A DNA stretch of 64,000 bases from an uncultured Chthonomonadaceae bacterium (GCA_963817895.1 CAWFQB010000001.1:224001-288000); one strand, 5' to 3'; shown: positions 10,514 to 21,111, numbered from the stretch's first letter. Numbers and translations are program-made. The notes: generated from the letters alone by a model not told the origin.

Positions 10514-11917
10514 ATGCTGATAGAATTCAGTGTTGAAAATTTTCGCTCCATACGCGAACATGTGACACTTAGCATGATTGCCGCTAAAATCCGGTCGGGT
10601 AATGCGCAACTGGATACCGACAACTTGATTCGGGTAAGTGATAAGTTATCTCTGCTGCGCTCCTCGGTGATTTATGGCGCAAATGCAAGCGGCAAGAGCA
10701 ACATATTCAAAGCAATGAATTTTATGCGGCAATTCATTCGAAATTCCGCGCGTTTGCAGGATGAAGACACCATTCCTGTCGAACCGTTTCTTTTCGATAG
10801 TGTTGCGGCTGCCGGTCCCTCCACTTTCGAGGCTGTCTTTTTACTGGAAGGCTTGCAGTACCGATACGGCTTTTCGGTGACGACAAAACAAGTTGTAAAA
10901 GAATGGCTTTTTTATACGCCGACAATCCGCGAGGTTCCGCTGTTTACGCGAGACGAAGAGGGCATTGAGATAAGTGACCGCTTTCGGCAGGGCCGGGGGC
11001 TGGAAGAACTTAATCTGGACAATAAACTTTTTCTCTCAGTGGTTGCTCAGTTCAAAAAGGGCGGAACTGCCAAGCGCATACGCGATTGGTTTCTAACCTC
11101 TTGTCGCACCCTCAACACCGTGGAGGATAAAGGATACCTGCCCTATACGATGCAATGTATAGAACAGGGAACTTACCGCGAACAAATCGAAAACATTGTT
11201 CGTCGTCTCGACCTCGATATTACTGGCCTATCTGTTGGCGAAATCCCTACGCCTGCGTCTGTCGCGCGCCTACAGGAGTTGCTGGCAAATGAAGCTGCGA
11301 GTAATGACAAAGACTCGCTCGTGTTGCTCCCAGATGTCCCGCAAAATCGCGTGTGGCGAGAATTGCGCACCCGCCATGCAATCCGAAACTCTGATGGAAG
11401 GATTGAAGAGGCTAAAACCTTTTCTGCCGGAGAAATCGAATCGGAGGGTACGCAGAAACTGATTGCGCTTACAGGGCCGCTTGTGGATGTTCTCACGCAT
11501 GGTTGGGTGTTGTTTATTGACGAGATTGATGCTCGTCTTCATCCACTCATCACGGCTGCGATTCTGCAGTTGTTCCACTCGCCGGAAACCAACCCTAAAA
11601 ATGCGCAGCTTATCTGCGCGACGCACGACACCAACTTGCTGGATCGCCATCGTTTGCGGCGGGATCAAATCTATTTTGTCGAAAAAGATCGTACTGCCGC
11701 CTCACATCTGTATTCTCTGGCAGAGTTCAAGCTGCTCTCCCCGAATGGATCGGGCAAGGCCATTCGCAATGACGAACACTTTGAAAAGAACTATATTCAG
11801 GGGCGTTACGGCGCAATCCCGTACTTAGGCGATCTGAGACGAGTGTTTATCGAAGAATTCCGGCGCGAAGAAAATGAGGCGGAAATTGACACCGGGCTGC
11901 AACAGGTGAGCGCATGA
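10514..11917 (+). CDS. AAA_21/RloA-type (AbiLi-like) ABC-family ATPase
   Basis: MLIEFSVENFRSI, Walker A GANASGKS, ESEGTQK signature, Walker B LFIDE, ATHD, YIQGRYGAIP. Confidence 0.9.
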   Translation: MLIEFSVENFRSIREHVTLSMIAAKIRSGNAQLDTDNLIRVSDKLSLLRSSVIYGANASGKSNIFKAMNFMRQFIRNSARLQDEDTIPVEPFLFDSVAAAGPSTFEAVFLLEGLQYRYGFSVTTKQVVKEWLFYTPTIREVPLFTRDEEGIEISDRFRQGRGLEELNLDNKLFLSVVAQFKKGGTAKRIRDWFLTSCRTLNTVEDKGYLPYTMQCIEQGTYREQIENIVRRLDLDITGLSVGEIPTPASVARLQELLANEAASNDKDSLVLLPDVPQNRVWRELRTRHAIRNSDGRIEEAKTFSAGEIESEGTQKLIALTGPLVDVLTHGWVLFIDEIDARLHPLITAAILQLFHSPETNPKNAQLICATHDTNLLDRHRLRRDQIYFVEKDRTAASHLYSLAEFKLLSPNGSGKAIRNDEHFEKNYIQGRYGAIPYLGDLRRVFIEEFRREENEAEIDTGLQQVSA

Positions 11918-12567
11918 CAAAAGGAAGACAAACCGGGAAACAATTCGGGTTTGCGGGAACCCGTACAAGCGACAGCCGAAGCGAGAGGCTGGAGATTCGC
12001 AGCCCGTTGCCTCGTATTCTCATCGTTTGTGAGGGCGAAAAGACGGAACCGAACTATTTCCATCAATTCAGAGTGACCAATGATGTGTTTGGCGCGGGTT
12101 TGGAAACTATCCGGGTGGTTGAAGAAGCAGAGCGTCTGTATGAAAAGGATGGGCCATTCGATCAGGTGTGGTGTGTTTTCGACCGTGACAGTTTCCCGGC
12201 AGATCGGTTTGATAACGCCATCAGCAAAGTGCAGAGCCGCGAACATGAAGGTTTTCATGTCGCCTACACCAATGAGGCTTTTGAACTATGGTATCTCCTG
12301 CATTTTGAGTATCAGGATGCCGCCCTGCACCGCTCCAGCTACAAAGATCGGTTGAGCAAGCATTTAGGACGCGCGCACGAAAAGAATGACCCGGAAATTT
12401 ATGCATTGCTCCAAACAAAAGGAGATGAAGAACTTGCGACGCGGTATGCGCAAAGACTGCGTAACTTTCACGCGGATGATGTTCCCTGTTCCCGCCAAAA
12501 TCCTGTAACGACTGTTGACAAGTTGGTACAGGTTCTGCGTCAAATTCAGCGGCAACATAGCTTCTAA
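11914..12567 (+). CDS. RloB family (TOPRIM-like) protein
   Basis: ILIVCEGEKTEPNYF, VWCVFDRD, NEAFELWYLLHF, NPVT; ATGA overlap with the ATPase. Confidence 0.9.
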   Translation: MTKGRQTGKQFGFAGTRTSDSRSERLEIRSPLPRILIVCEGEKTEPNYFHQFRVTNDVFGAGLETIRVVEEAERLYEKDGPFDQVWCVFDRDSFPADRFDNAISKVQSREHEGFHVAYTNEAFELWYLLHFEYQDAALHRSSYKDRLSKHLGRAHEKNDPEIYALLQTKGDEELATRYAQRLRNFHADDVPCSRQNPVTTVDKLVQVLRQIQRQHSF

Positions 12568-12637
12568 TGCGAATTCTCCGCTCTCCCCACGGTTAGAAGC
12601 GAATCGGCCATCCCTGCTTTGCTCTGTATCCCACTTC

Positions 12638-13453
12638 TCACGGCTTTCGCGGCAGGTAGTACGTCCATTCGTCCATCATGTTTTCGATCATCAAGTCCTG
12701 CGCGTCTATCCAGTCGGCTAATACGAACGGGTGGCCTGCAACCCGGCTCAGGGGGTTGCGGACGCGCATATAGCCGTGCAGCCCTTCGGTCGCGTCCGGC
12801 AGCATCAGGTAGAACCCGGCGTGCGTTTCCACATACCCGGTTTCGTAGCTGAAGCCGTACAGCGGGTCGAAAAAGTAGCGGCTATTGGCGCGGCGCGGCT
12901 CGTCCAGAACGCCCAGAACAACGGCATCCGCATGGCAGATTTTGGCGACATCGCGAACCGCCTGCGGCAGGGGCAGGGGAAACTTCGTACCCTTCATGCG
13001 CCCCTCATTCTCGAACATCTTTTCGGGCGTTAGTTGCAGGTCTTTCAGCGCGGAAGCGAGTTCTTCGGCGGACACGATTTCCAGCCCGGCGCGTCTGGCA
13101 AGCCGCTGCGGCAGGGTGGCGCGAACATCATCCTGCAATTTGCGCAGGGTTTCGGCGTTCTGAAGCAGGCGCGCGTCTTCGGGCTTGCGGTTCGGGGGAG
13201 TAGGCGCGGGGGCGTTGCTCGGCGTGTCCTGTCCGGCTTTGGGCTTGTTGTTGTCGGCCAGTTTGTCGGCTTTGGTCAGCGTATCCGTGCCGAAAAACGC
13301 GGGAATCACGACGACGCGGTGAACATGGGCAAGCAGGGCGCGTTTCTGATCGTCGCGGGTATCGCAACGCGCATCGGGCGCAAGATGACACAGCAGAGCG
13401 GCAAGGCTCAGGCAGGCGAATACAGATAACAAAGGTGAGTGAAACCGCAGCAT
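12638..13453 (-). CDS. Secreted hypothetical protein
   Basis: Signal-peptide-like N-terminus; 271-aa ORF. Confidence 0.7.
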   Translation of the reverse strand: MLRFHSPLLSVFACLSLAALLCHLAPDARCDTRDDQKRALLAHVHRVVVIPAFFGTDTLTKADKLADNNKPKAGQDTPSNAPAPTPPNRKPEDARLLQNAETLRKLQDDVRATLPQRLARRAGLEIVSAEELASALKDLQLTPEKMFENEGRMKGTKFPLPLPQAVRDVAKICHADAVVLGVLDEPRRANSRYFFDPLYGFSYETGYVETHAGFYLMLPDATEGLHGYMRVRNPLSRVAGHPFVLADWIDAQDLMIENMMDEWTYYLPRKP

Positions 13454-13769
13454 GGGTTTTCTCCAATTTCAAAAATAGCCCTCTCCTCTGACCCTCTTCC
13501 GAAGTTTAAGAAGGAAACCAATACGCTCAAGTTCGCGGGCGTACTCTGCACAGGAAGGCTACTTCGATTATACAGGAAGTAAAGAAAAACGTAACGGTTT
13601 CCGAGGTGAACACGATAACCCACTCCGCTTCAGCCTTGCTGCGCTCTTGTATGTGTTGTAGTGTTCACGTTTGCGCGGGCAGAATCCTGTATTTGCTCCG
13701 AAGCGGGTAAACGCTAAAAGTTCGTAGTTCCTGTCTTACTATCAACTACGAACTCTCAACTCTCACTCC

Positions 13770-14027
13770 TTAGCGTCCGCTCTGGCCCGGACCGGGAACG
13801 GAAACCGGGCCGCCTGCGCCCGTACCCAAACGTTGGGTGCTGCTGCCGGTCACGACGTTGCCCTGTCCCTGTGTGCTGCGCGCCCCGACGCCCGTGCCGC
13901 CCGCTCCCTGCGCGGCTGCGCCCATCGAACCGGCGTCCGGGTCCATGCTTTCCGAACTGCGGCATCCCGCCAGCCCGTTCGACAGCAGCAACGCGCCCAA
14001 AACTATGTAACGTGTTTGTATCTTCAA
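13770..14027 (-). CDS. Small Gly-rich lipoprotein
   Basis: Hydrophobic stretch plus LAGC lipobox; TTG start with GGGAG RBS. Confidence 0.7.
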   Translation of the reverse strand: MKIQTRYIVLGALLLSNGLAGCRSSESMDPDAGSMGAAAQGAGGTGVGARSTQGQGNVVTGSSTQRLGTGAGGPVSVPGPGQSGR

Positions 14028-14038
14028 TTGGTTACTCC

Positions 14039-14362
14039 CTACTGCCAGTTATCGGCATCATTTTGGTTTAAGTTTGAGTGGGGAACGGCGAAATTGCGGG
14101 CGGATTCCTGTGGCGTGAGCAACAGGCAGTAGGTCATGTGCAGCATTTCGGTTTTTGGCACGGGATCGAAGACGGGATAAAAAAACGCCTCCCGTTCCAG
14201 TCCATCCTTGCCCTCGAACAGGCGCGACACCACCCGCATATCTATCTTGTTGTCTTTGCGCAGGGTCGTGGAAACCTCTACATCGGGATCATTCTCGCCC
14301 CATCGTTCGCGTACTAGCGTTTCCAGCCGTTCCCGCAGTTCCTCGATCTCGCCTGCTTCCAT
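14039..14362 (-). CDS. Small hypothetical protein, BolA-like features
   Basis: VVSRLFEG...ER...LLLTPQE resembles the BolA pattern; GAGGAG RBS. Confidence 0.55.
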   Translation of the reverse strand: MEAGEIEELRERLETLVRERWGENDPDVEVSTTLRKDNKIDMRVVSRLFEGKDGLEREAFFYPVFDPVPKTEMLHMTYCLLLTPQESARNFAVPHSNLNQNDADNWQ

Positions 14363-14399
14363 AGCTGCGCTGCTCCTCTGGCCCTGTCATGCGGATGCA

Positions 14400-14452
14400 A
14401 TAGCCCACGCGGACACAGTAGCCCATGCGGACACAACATGTTGTGTCCCTAC
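14400..14452. repeat. GTAG-type REP-like palindrome with degenerate direct repeats
   Basis: Perfect palindrome ggacacaacatgttgtgtcc (14429-14448) followed by ctac (GTAG on - strand); tagccca(c/t)gcggacaca x2. Confidence 0.6.
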
Positions 14453-14561
14453 GTTGATGGTTTTTTCGCTTCGGAATTGTAGCCGTTTTGTGGAACCGAT
14501 TGCAACCCCGGCACAAAGGGGCAGGTATACTATCCTCCATATCTACGCAGGAGAAAAGCAA

Positions 14562-15542
14562 ATGATTGACCGGGAGTTTCTAAAGGCATTGACGGAAGTT
14601 CCGTCTGTGGGAACCGCGTGTGGGCCATGCGTTCAATTGCTGGCGGGGCGGTTCGGCGCGGGCTATGCGCAAACGCTTGTGCCGGACGGATTTTGCCTGT
14701 TTCAGAAGGCGGGCGCGGCAATTTCGGACTTGCAGGTCGTGTTTGTCGCGCACATGGACGAGATCGGTGGCTGCATTTACGGCGCGCGAACCGAAGCGCA
14801 GGGGAGTGGCTATAACGCCCGCTTCTGGGGCAACAAACCCCACATTTTCGCGGATGCCCGACTTCAGGCGTTCGATTACCTTGCCGACAGCGCGGATACC
14901 TTTCCCGTGCAGGGCGAAGTCGTTACCGAAGATGAGGACGAACGACTTGTCATGCGCGGCGAACATATCCGCCCCTACCGCACCGTCTGGACATTTCAGG
15001 AAGAAACCACATTTGACGGCGATGTGATTGAAGGCAAAGCCCTCGATCCCCGCGTCACGCTGTATTCCGTTGTGGAGGCCGTTCGCGCGCTCGACAGCCC
15101 GCATGTGGGCGCGATGCTCGTCATGGCCGAAGAGTGCGCGATGGACGTGGCGAAAAAAGGCGTCACCTTCCTGCAAAAACACGCGCCCAACCTGAAACTG
15201 ATCGCCAACGCCGATGTTCCCTACATCAACAACATCGGGGACGGGCAACTCGACCTGCCCGCCATCCGCGTGTTCGAGGGCCGCAACTTTATTGACCCCT
15301 CGTTCGGTATCCGCGTGACCGACATCCTTCAGGCGCAGGGCGTGGAACTGCACCTGTCCGCCGCCCGCAGCGGCAGCCAAACTCTCCTGTTCACGCCCCT
15401 CGCGCCCACCCTTTCCATTGCCCTGCCCAGCGACGGCGTTCACCTGCCCCGCGTGAAAATGAGCCTGCATGGAACCGAACGCTGCACCAGCCTCTTGACC
15501 GCTATCGGCGAAAATGCCCTGTCCGGCAAACTGCCGATTTGA
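14562..15542 (+). CDS. M42/M20/M28-clan metallopeptidase
   Basis: AHMDEIG, GKALDPR, AEE, NAD and C-terminal His; AGGAG RBS before ATG 14562. Confidence 0.75.
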   Translation: MIDREFLKALTEVPSVGTACGPCVQLLAGRFGAGYAQTLVPDGFCLFQKAGAAISDLQVVFVAHMDEIGGCIYGARTEAQGSGYNARFWGNKPHIFADARLQAFDYLADSADTFPVQGEVVTEDEDERLVMRGEHIRPYRTVWTFQEETTFDGDVIEGKALDPRVTLYSVVEAVRALDSPHVGAMLVMAEECAMDVAKKGVTFLQKHAPNLKLIANADVPYINNIGDGQLDLPAIRVFEGRNFIDPSFGIRVTDILQAQGVELHLSAARSGSQTLLFTPLAPTLSIALPSDGVHLPRVKMSLHGTERCTSLLTAIGENALSGKLPI

Positions 15543-15793
15543 ACGAACCACCCGCCTGCGGCTAGGAACACAGGAACACAGAGGAAAAACCAATACGAGA
15601 AAGACACAGGAGAGTGGAACCGCAAAGGGGCAAAGGAGGGCAAAGGGCAAGGAACATCACATCTCGCGCGGAGTATGTGAACGCGGCAGAGCGCCGGTGT
15701 AACGCAATCCCTCCTGCATCCGTCCAAAGACGAAATATACCCTTTCGTTTCTTTGCGCGGTCTGCGCCGCTGCTGCGCAGGAAGGAAAATACC

Positions 15794-17689
15794 ATGCGCT
15801 TTCGCTCCCCCACCCCTTCACCATTCTTCTCGCTGCCCTTCTTCCCGATGCGTTCACTTTTCCCAATATGCGCAATGCTGTTGCTGCCGCTTTCGGGACG
15901 CGCAGATACTGTTGCCCCTTTCGCTCAGGACGCCCGCTTCAAGCAGAAGGTGTCGCTGCGCGTGGAGGGAATCCCGGTCAGTGACCTGCTGACACAGTTA
16001 TCGGCGAAAACCGGCATACCACTACGCGCCGAGGGCAATGTGGGCGACGATAAAGTAGCCGCGTTTTGTCCCGCGCGTCCGCTTGGCGACACGCTCAACG
16101 AACTGGCCGCCCTGTACAACGACGAGTGGCAAATGGCCCCGCTTCCCAACGGGCAAACGCGCTGGCTGCTCATCCGGCGGTTGAGCGCGCGGCACTACGA
16201 GGACAATCTGGAACAGGCCGCCGGTAATCGTTTCCGCGCGCTCTTGGACGAACAGGTAAAGGCATTGGACGAGACGCCGGAACAGTTCGCCAAACGGCCC
16301 GCGAATGACCGTATTCGCAAAAATCTGGAAGACCCGAGCGCGCACGGGCGGCAGGCGACCCGGCTGTACAGTCAACTGAGCCGCGAACAGCGCGATACGC
16401 TGTTTGCCGCCGGGTTTGTCAACATCTCCTTTGCGACCTCCACGCCGACGCAGCAGAACATCGCGCGCGAGGGGTTCAACGAAGTGGTAACGACCCTGAA
16501 GGCGCTGGACGAAAAACAGCGGGCGGAATTTCCCGATGTTCACATCGTCATTGACGCGCCCGAATCACTGGAACAGCACGGCGCGCGGTTCCGCCTGACT
16601 CGCACCAACAATGCCGGGTTGAGCGCATTACAGGTACAGGTGGTTCTGGGACAGCACACGCTTTTGTACGTGGGCGAGTTTGAAAGCGCGGACGAGTGGC
16701 TGCTGCCCCCGCATGGCAACCCTTATACGCGCAAACCGACAGTCCGGGGCAAAGCGACCACAATCGAAAACAGGGCAAAAGTGGAAGACATGGCAACAAC
16801 CGACCTGCCCACTGTGGACGTTTTGCGCAAGATTGGTAAGGAGGGGTTGTGGCTGGACCGCCTGCGAACGCTTTCCACGATTGCCGAAGTTCCGGTTCTG
16901 GCCGATTGTTACCGCAGTCCCGCCCTGATTCACGATCTCAGCCCGGATGACGCGCCCTCACATAGTCCCGTCGCCCTGCTCGACGCTTTTTGTAAACATA
17001 GCGGTTATTTGTGGTGGATGCAGGGCAAGACCCTGCTGCTGCGCAAGCGCGACTGGTATGCGCAGCGCCGGTACGAGGTGTCTGACCGCTGGATGCGCGA
17101 CATCGCAACTCGCCTGCGCCGCCAGAAGAACATCCCGACGTATGGCGACCTGTGCCGCCTGCTGGAACTTACGCCCAAACAAATCAGCGGCATGAACGCG
17201 GCATTAAGTAACGACAGTGGCGGGGAAGCAATGGCGAATTTGGACGCGCAGGAGGGGTTGCGCGAACTGCTGACGCTGATACAGGCCGGCAGCGAGTCGT
17301 TCGCGTCCCTGCCGACGGGAGAACCGTCCATATCCATAGGAGAACCATCGGCGGACGAGGCCGCGCGGCAGCGCCTGTCCTCCATATCCCCGCCGCCGCA
17401 ACAGGCCGCGCTGACCGGCGCGTTTCTAAACATCATGCGACAGCCAACTACGCCCGCCAACCTGCGCGGTTTTTCCGCGCAGGTACACTGCGCGACGCCC
17501 GCCCTGCTCAAGATCGCGCAAGCCCCGGCAACGCAAAACACGCAGATCATCATTTCATGGAAGTTGGAAGGCAACACAAAGCCCATCCCCTTTTTCGATC
17601 AGCACTGGTTGCTCTGGCTGCCGCTGCAAATCCCCAACGACCGCAGCGACAAAACACAGATCGAAGTCACACCCGAAGACAAGAAGTAG
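15794..17689 (+). CDS. Secreted hypothetical protein with N-terminal STN/secretin-N-like segment
   Basis: Signal peptide, then DARFKQKVSLRVEGIPVSDLLTQLSAKTGIPL; start uncertain (15794 or 15848). Confidence 0.65.
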   Translation: MRFRSPTPSPFFSLPFFPMRSLFPICAMLLLPLSGRADTVAPFAQDARFKQKVSLRVEGIPVSDLLTQLSAKTGIPLRAEGNVGDDKVAAFCPARPLGDTLNELAALYNDEWQMAPLPNGQTRWLLIRRLSARHYEDNLEQAAGNRFRALLDEQVKALDETPEQFAKRPANDRIRKNLEDPSAHGRQATRLYSQLSREQRDTLFAAGFVNISFATSTPTQQNIAREGFNEVVTTLKALDEKQRAEFPDVHIVIDAPESLEQHGARFRLTRTNNAGLSALQVQVVLGQHTLLYVGEFESADEWLLPPHGNPYTRKPTVRGKATTIENRAKVEDMATTDLPTVDVLRKIGKEGLWLDRLRTLSTIAEVPVLADCYRSPALIHDLSPDDAPSHSPVALLDAFCKHSGYLWWMQGKTLLLRKRDWYAQRRYEVSDRWMRDIATRLRRQKNIPTYGDLCRLLELTPKQISGMNAALSNDSGGEAMANLDAQEGLRELLTLIQAGSESFASLPTGEPSISIGEPSADEAARQRLSSISPPPQQAALTGAFLNIMRQPTTPANLRGFSAQVHCATPALLKIAQAPATQNTQIIISWKLEGNTKPIPFFDQHWLLWLPLQIPNDRSDKTQIEVTPEDKK

Positions 17690-17790
17690 CGTGAGAAAAC
17701 AAGAAGGAAGAGGAAAAAGCGGCGTTCCGGCGACCGTACATGCTAAACTACAGTTCATAGTGGCATAGTCTATTGTGAAAGGAGTTTGGC

Positions 17791-19116
17791 ATGAGCGATG
17801 CGGAAGCGTTGAGCGATTATGTGGGGGCCGAAGATGGGGCGCTGCAATGGACATTGCAGAATATGTCCTCCCATGCGTATGCTACGGTTTACGAGTTCGC
17901 GCTCACATCGCAAATCTGGCAGGGGCGGGCGTGGACGCACCGACTGCAACTGTTCGCGCCTCATTCGCTTACGGCAATCGGCGCGGATGCCGTTCTGCTG
18001 TACATCACCACGCAGGGCGGAAATGCCGAAACCGAACTGGGCATACAGGCGGCGGCGGCTACGGGTATTGCCTGCGCGTTTCTGTACGACGTTCCCAATC
18101 AGCCGCTATTTGACGGACTGCTGGAGGACGCGCTGATTGCCCATACCCTCGTCCGCTATCTGGAAACGGGGGACGCGACATGGCCCCTGCTGTTTCCGAT
18201 GGTGAAAAGCGTGACACGGGCAATGGATGCCTTACAGGAATTCAGCCAGCAGGCGGCGAGTGGTTCATCGGGCGCAGCCCAACGAACGGCCACAGGACAG
18301 GCGGCAGACGGTCAAAATGCGGATTCGATAGTCGCTCCACTCGTACCCTTTACGCGCTTTCTGATTACAGGAGCCTCCAAGCGGGGCTGGACTTCGTGGC
18401 TGACCGCTGTTGCCGAAGCCCAATCGGGCCGCGTCGCCGCTATTCTGCCGATGGTGTACGACAACCTCAACCTTCTCGCGCAGATGCCACATCAGCGGGA
18501 AATCACGGGCGGATATAGCGCGTCCATCCACGACTACACGGAACTGGATTTGCAAACGCGAATGGCGACTCCCGAAGGCGCGCGATTGGCGCAGATGATT
18601 GACCCCTATACGTATCGCGACCGCCTGACACTGCCCAAACTGATTATCAATGGCGCGAACAACTCGTACTGGATGACGGACGCGCTCAACCTCTACTGGC
18701 CCGACCTGCCCGATCCCAAACACGTTTTGTATGTGCCGAATACGGGGCATTTTCTGGGCGAACCTTCCCGCGTGTATGCCACTCTGACGGCCTTCGTCCG
18801 CGCCATTGTGGCAGGCGACAACCTTCCCGCGCCTGTTCTAAACGTGACGGACATGGGAAATTTCGTTTCTCTAAACGCCGGAAACCTGACCGAAGATGTC
18901 CGTCTCTGGATTGCGTATTCCACAACGCGCGACTTTCGCGCCGCGCGTTGGAACTCGCCCAATCATATTCCACGCGACAAGTGGGAGGAGTGGCGGACCA
19001 GCCTTCGTAAACCCGCCGAAGGATTCATGGCGCTGTTCGGCGAATTCGGCTTTGTGTATGATGGTCTGCCCTATACCCTTTCCACGCCCATAAATATTTT
19101 CGCTTGTGCAACGTAA
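17791..19116 (+). CDS. PqaA-like (PhoPQ-activated pathogenicity-related) alpha/beta hydrolase
   Basis: TSQIWQG, EDALIAHT, WPLLFPMVKS, GASKRGWT, DPYTY, VPNTGH. Confidence 0.85.
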   Translation: MSDAEALSDYVGAEDGALQWTLQNMSSHAYATVYEFALTSQIWQGRAWTHRLQLFAPHSLTAIGADAVLLYITTQGGNAETELGIQAAAATGIACAFLYDVPNQPLFDGLLEDALIAHTLVRYLETGDATWPLLFPMVKSVTRAMDALQEFSQQAASGSSGAAQRTATGQAADGQNADSIVAPLVPFTRFLITGASKRGWTSWLTAVAEAQSGRVAAILPMVYDNLNLLAQMPHQREITGGYSASIHDYTELDLQTRMATPEGARLAQMIDPYTYRDRLTLPKLIINGANNSYWMTDALNLYWPDLPDPKHVLYVPNTGHFLGEPSRVYATLTAFVRAIVAGDNLPAPVLNVTDMGNFVSLNAGNLTEDVRLWIAYSTTRDFRAARWNSPNHIPRDKWEEWRTSLRKPAEGFMALFGEFGFVYDGLPYTLSTPINIFACAT

Positions 19117-19243
19117 TAAGTTAAAAATCAGAAGGAATGTACCGCGTCCTGCGCGAATTAAACGCGGGAAGAATAGTAGACACAAAACCGTAGACAAACG
19201 AGACGTTTCTACCCTTCCACACCCCACAGGAGAAAACAATACC

Positions 19244-19711
19244 ATGTCCAACACGATGCAGGAGTATCTCGCCACCGCCACAACAAAACAGGCGGAGAAT
19301 TTAGTGACCGCGTTTCTGCGCCTGCCGGAAGACAAGCGCGGCTGGAAGCCCGAAGAGAAAGCCCGCTCGGCGCAAAACCAGTTTGCCGAGTGCGCCCTGC
19401 TCAACGGCTATACCGCCTCGCTGGTTGAAACACATCAGTTTCCGATAAGCGGCAGCGCGATGGATGTTTTCTTTCGCGACATGGCCGAAACGGAAGCCCT
19501 GCCGTGGGATCAGCTTCACGCGCGCCTGCTGGAAAACACGGAAAAGGTTGCCGCCGCCATTCGCGCCACCCCGGACGACGCGCTTCCCATCGAGATTACC
19601 ATGCCCTGGGGCGTCCAAACGTTGGGGCAAATTCTGGCGTATCCCAATTGGAATATGGCGTATCACGAGGGACAAATCAACTACATCGCATCCCTGCTGG
19701 GCAGTCTTTAA
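19244..19711 (+). CDS. DinB family protein
   Basis: WKPEEKARS and YHEGQINY; AGGAG RBS. Confidence 0.75.
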   Translation: MSNTMQEYLATATTKQAENLVTAFLRLPEDKRGWKPEEKARSAQNQFAECALLNGYTASLVETHQFPISGSAMDVFFRDMAETEALPWDQLHARLLENTEKVAAAIRATPDDALPIEITMPWGVQTLGQILAYPNWNMAYHEGQINYIASLLGSL

Positions 19712-19714
19712 TAC

Positions 19715-19806
19715 AGGGAGTAGGGAGTGGGGAGTAGGGGGTAGGAAAACGTTGTTCAACTCGCGCGTTTGTCCTACTCCCCATTCCCTACAACCTACAA
19801 CCTACC
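19715..19806. repeat. Heptamer-based inverted repeat (GGGAGTA / TACTCCC)
   Basis: agggagtagggagtggggagtagggggtagg ... cctactccccattccctacaacctacaacctacc. Confidence 0.7.
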
Positions 19807-19819
19807 CCGGGAGTTACTC

Positions 19820-20983
19820 ATGGCAATCATTGACGTGCCTGTTCCGCAGATGGGCGAGGGTTTGCAGGAAGTCATTATCCAGAAGTTTTTGAAACAGCCG
19901 GGCGATTTTGTGCGGCGGGATGACCTGCTGTATAACATGGAGACGGACAAAGCCGTTATGGAAGTGGAGTCGCCTTACGAGGGTATTCTGAAGGAATGGC
20001 TTGGCGAAGAGGGATCGGTCATGCCCATTGGCGCGGCCATTGCGCGTATGGAAGTGACGGAAACCGCCGACGCTTCCGCTGCCGCCGCGCCGACTCATAT
20101 TTTCCCCGCAGCGGAACATCTGTCCATTCGCGAGGGCGCGGATATTGTGATACCGCCCCGTACCCGCGCGTATTGCCGCGAAAAAAACATTCTGGAAGAC
20201 GAGATGCGGCAGATACCCGCTGTCGGGGGTAAAATGCTCCCCTCGGACGTGGACGCTTATCTTGCCCTGCGCGAAATGGGCGAAACTTCTGCGCCTGCCG
20301 CTACGACGCCGGAAACCATTCTCCGCTATTCGGAACGCGCGCTCACGGCGCAGCAGCGCACTTTTATCTATCGCATCAAGCGCAGCGCGCAAATCGTTGT
20401 ACCCGCAACCGCCAAGCGATCCATTGAATGGGGCAGTCTGCGTCAGCTCGCGGAACGCCTGCGCGGGCAAAACCCGGAATTGCAGCCCTCCTCGTTCCAG
20501 ATTTTCGCGTTTTGCGTGGCGCAGGTTATCAAAGAGCATCCCAAATTCCGCTCCACGCTTGTCGGCGAAACGGTTCAGCGCGAATACGAGCATGTGAATA
20601 TGGGCATTGCCGTTGGGCTGCCACATGGAGAATTGACCATAGCCACCGTACCCGACGCGGATACGCTGGACTTCGCGGCCTTTGTGCAAACCGCGCAGGC
20701 TAATATTCAGCGGGCGCGCGAAGGCGAAGATCAGGCCAGCGATACGACGCAATTCCTGCTAACCTACATGGGGCCGTATGAACTCACGGACGCGATTCCG
20801 GTGCTTGTCGCGCCCGCCGTCGCCGTGCTGTTCATCGGTTCCACGTTCGAGCAGGGCGGGCAGATCGTCGCCAATCTCGCGCTCACCTTCGATCACCGGC
20901 TGATTCAGGGAATCGAAGCGGCGGAATTCCTGCGCGCGATTGTACAGCAGTGCAAGCAGATTGAAGCCGCCATTGCTTCATAA
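19820..20983 (+). CDS. 2-oxoacid dehydrogenase E2-like dihydrolipoamide acyltransferase (divergent)
   Basis: VPQMGEG and lipoyl-Lys ETDKA; C-terminal TFDHRLIQG..AAEFL. Confidence 0.85.
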   Translation: MAIIDVPVPQMGEGLQEVIIQKFLKQPGDFVRRDDLLYNMETDKAVMEVESPYEGILKEWLGEEGSVMPIGAAIARMEVTETADASAAAAPTHIFPAAEHLSIREGADIVIPPRTRAYCREKNILEDEMRQIPAVGGKMLPSDVDAYLALREMGETSAPAATTPETILRYSERALTAQQRTFIYRIKRSAQIVVPATAKRSIEWGSLRQLAERLRGQNPELQPSSFQIFAFCVAQVIKEHPKFRSTLVGETVQREYEHVNMGIAVGLPHGELTIATVPDADTLDFAAFVQTAQANIQRAREGEDQASDTTQFLLTYMGPYELTDAIPVLVAPAVAVLFIGSTFEQGGQIVANLALTFDHRLIQGIEAAEFLRAIVQQCKQIEAAIAS

Positions 20984-21111
20984 AGTCATCTGTTACCCGA
21001 ACAACGGAAATTTGGCGGGAGCGCGTGAGAATCGAACTCACCCATGACGGATTAGCCGCCACGCAAACGGTTTTGAAGACCGCGAAGGCCACCAGACCCC
21101 ATTCGCCCCCA

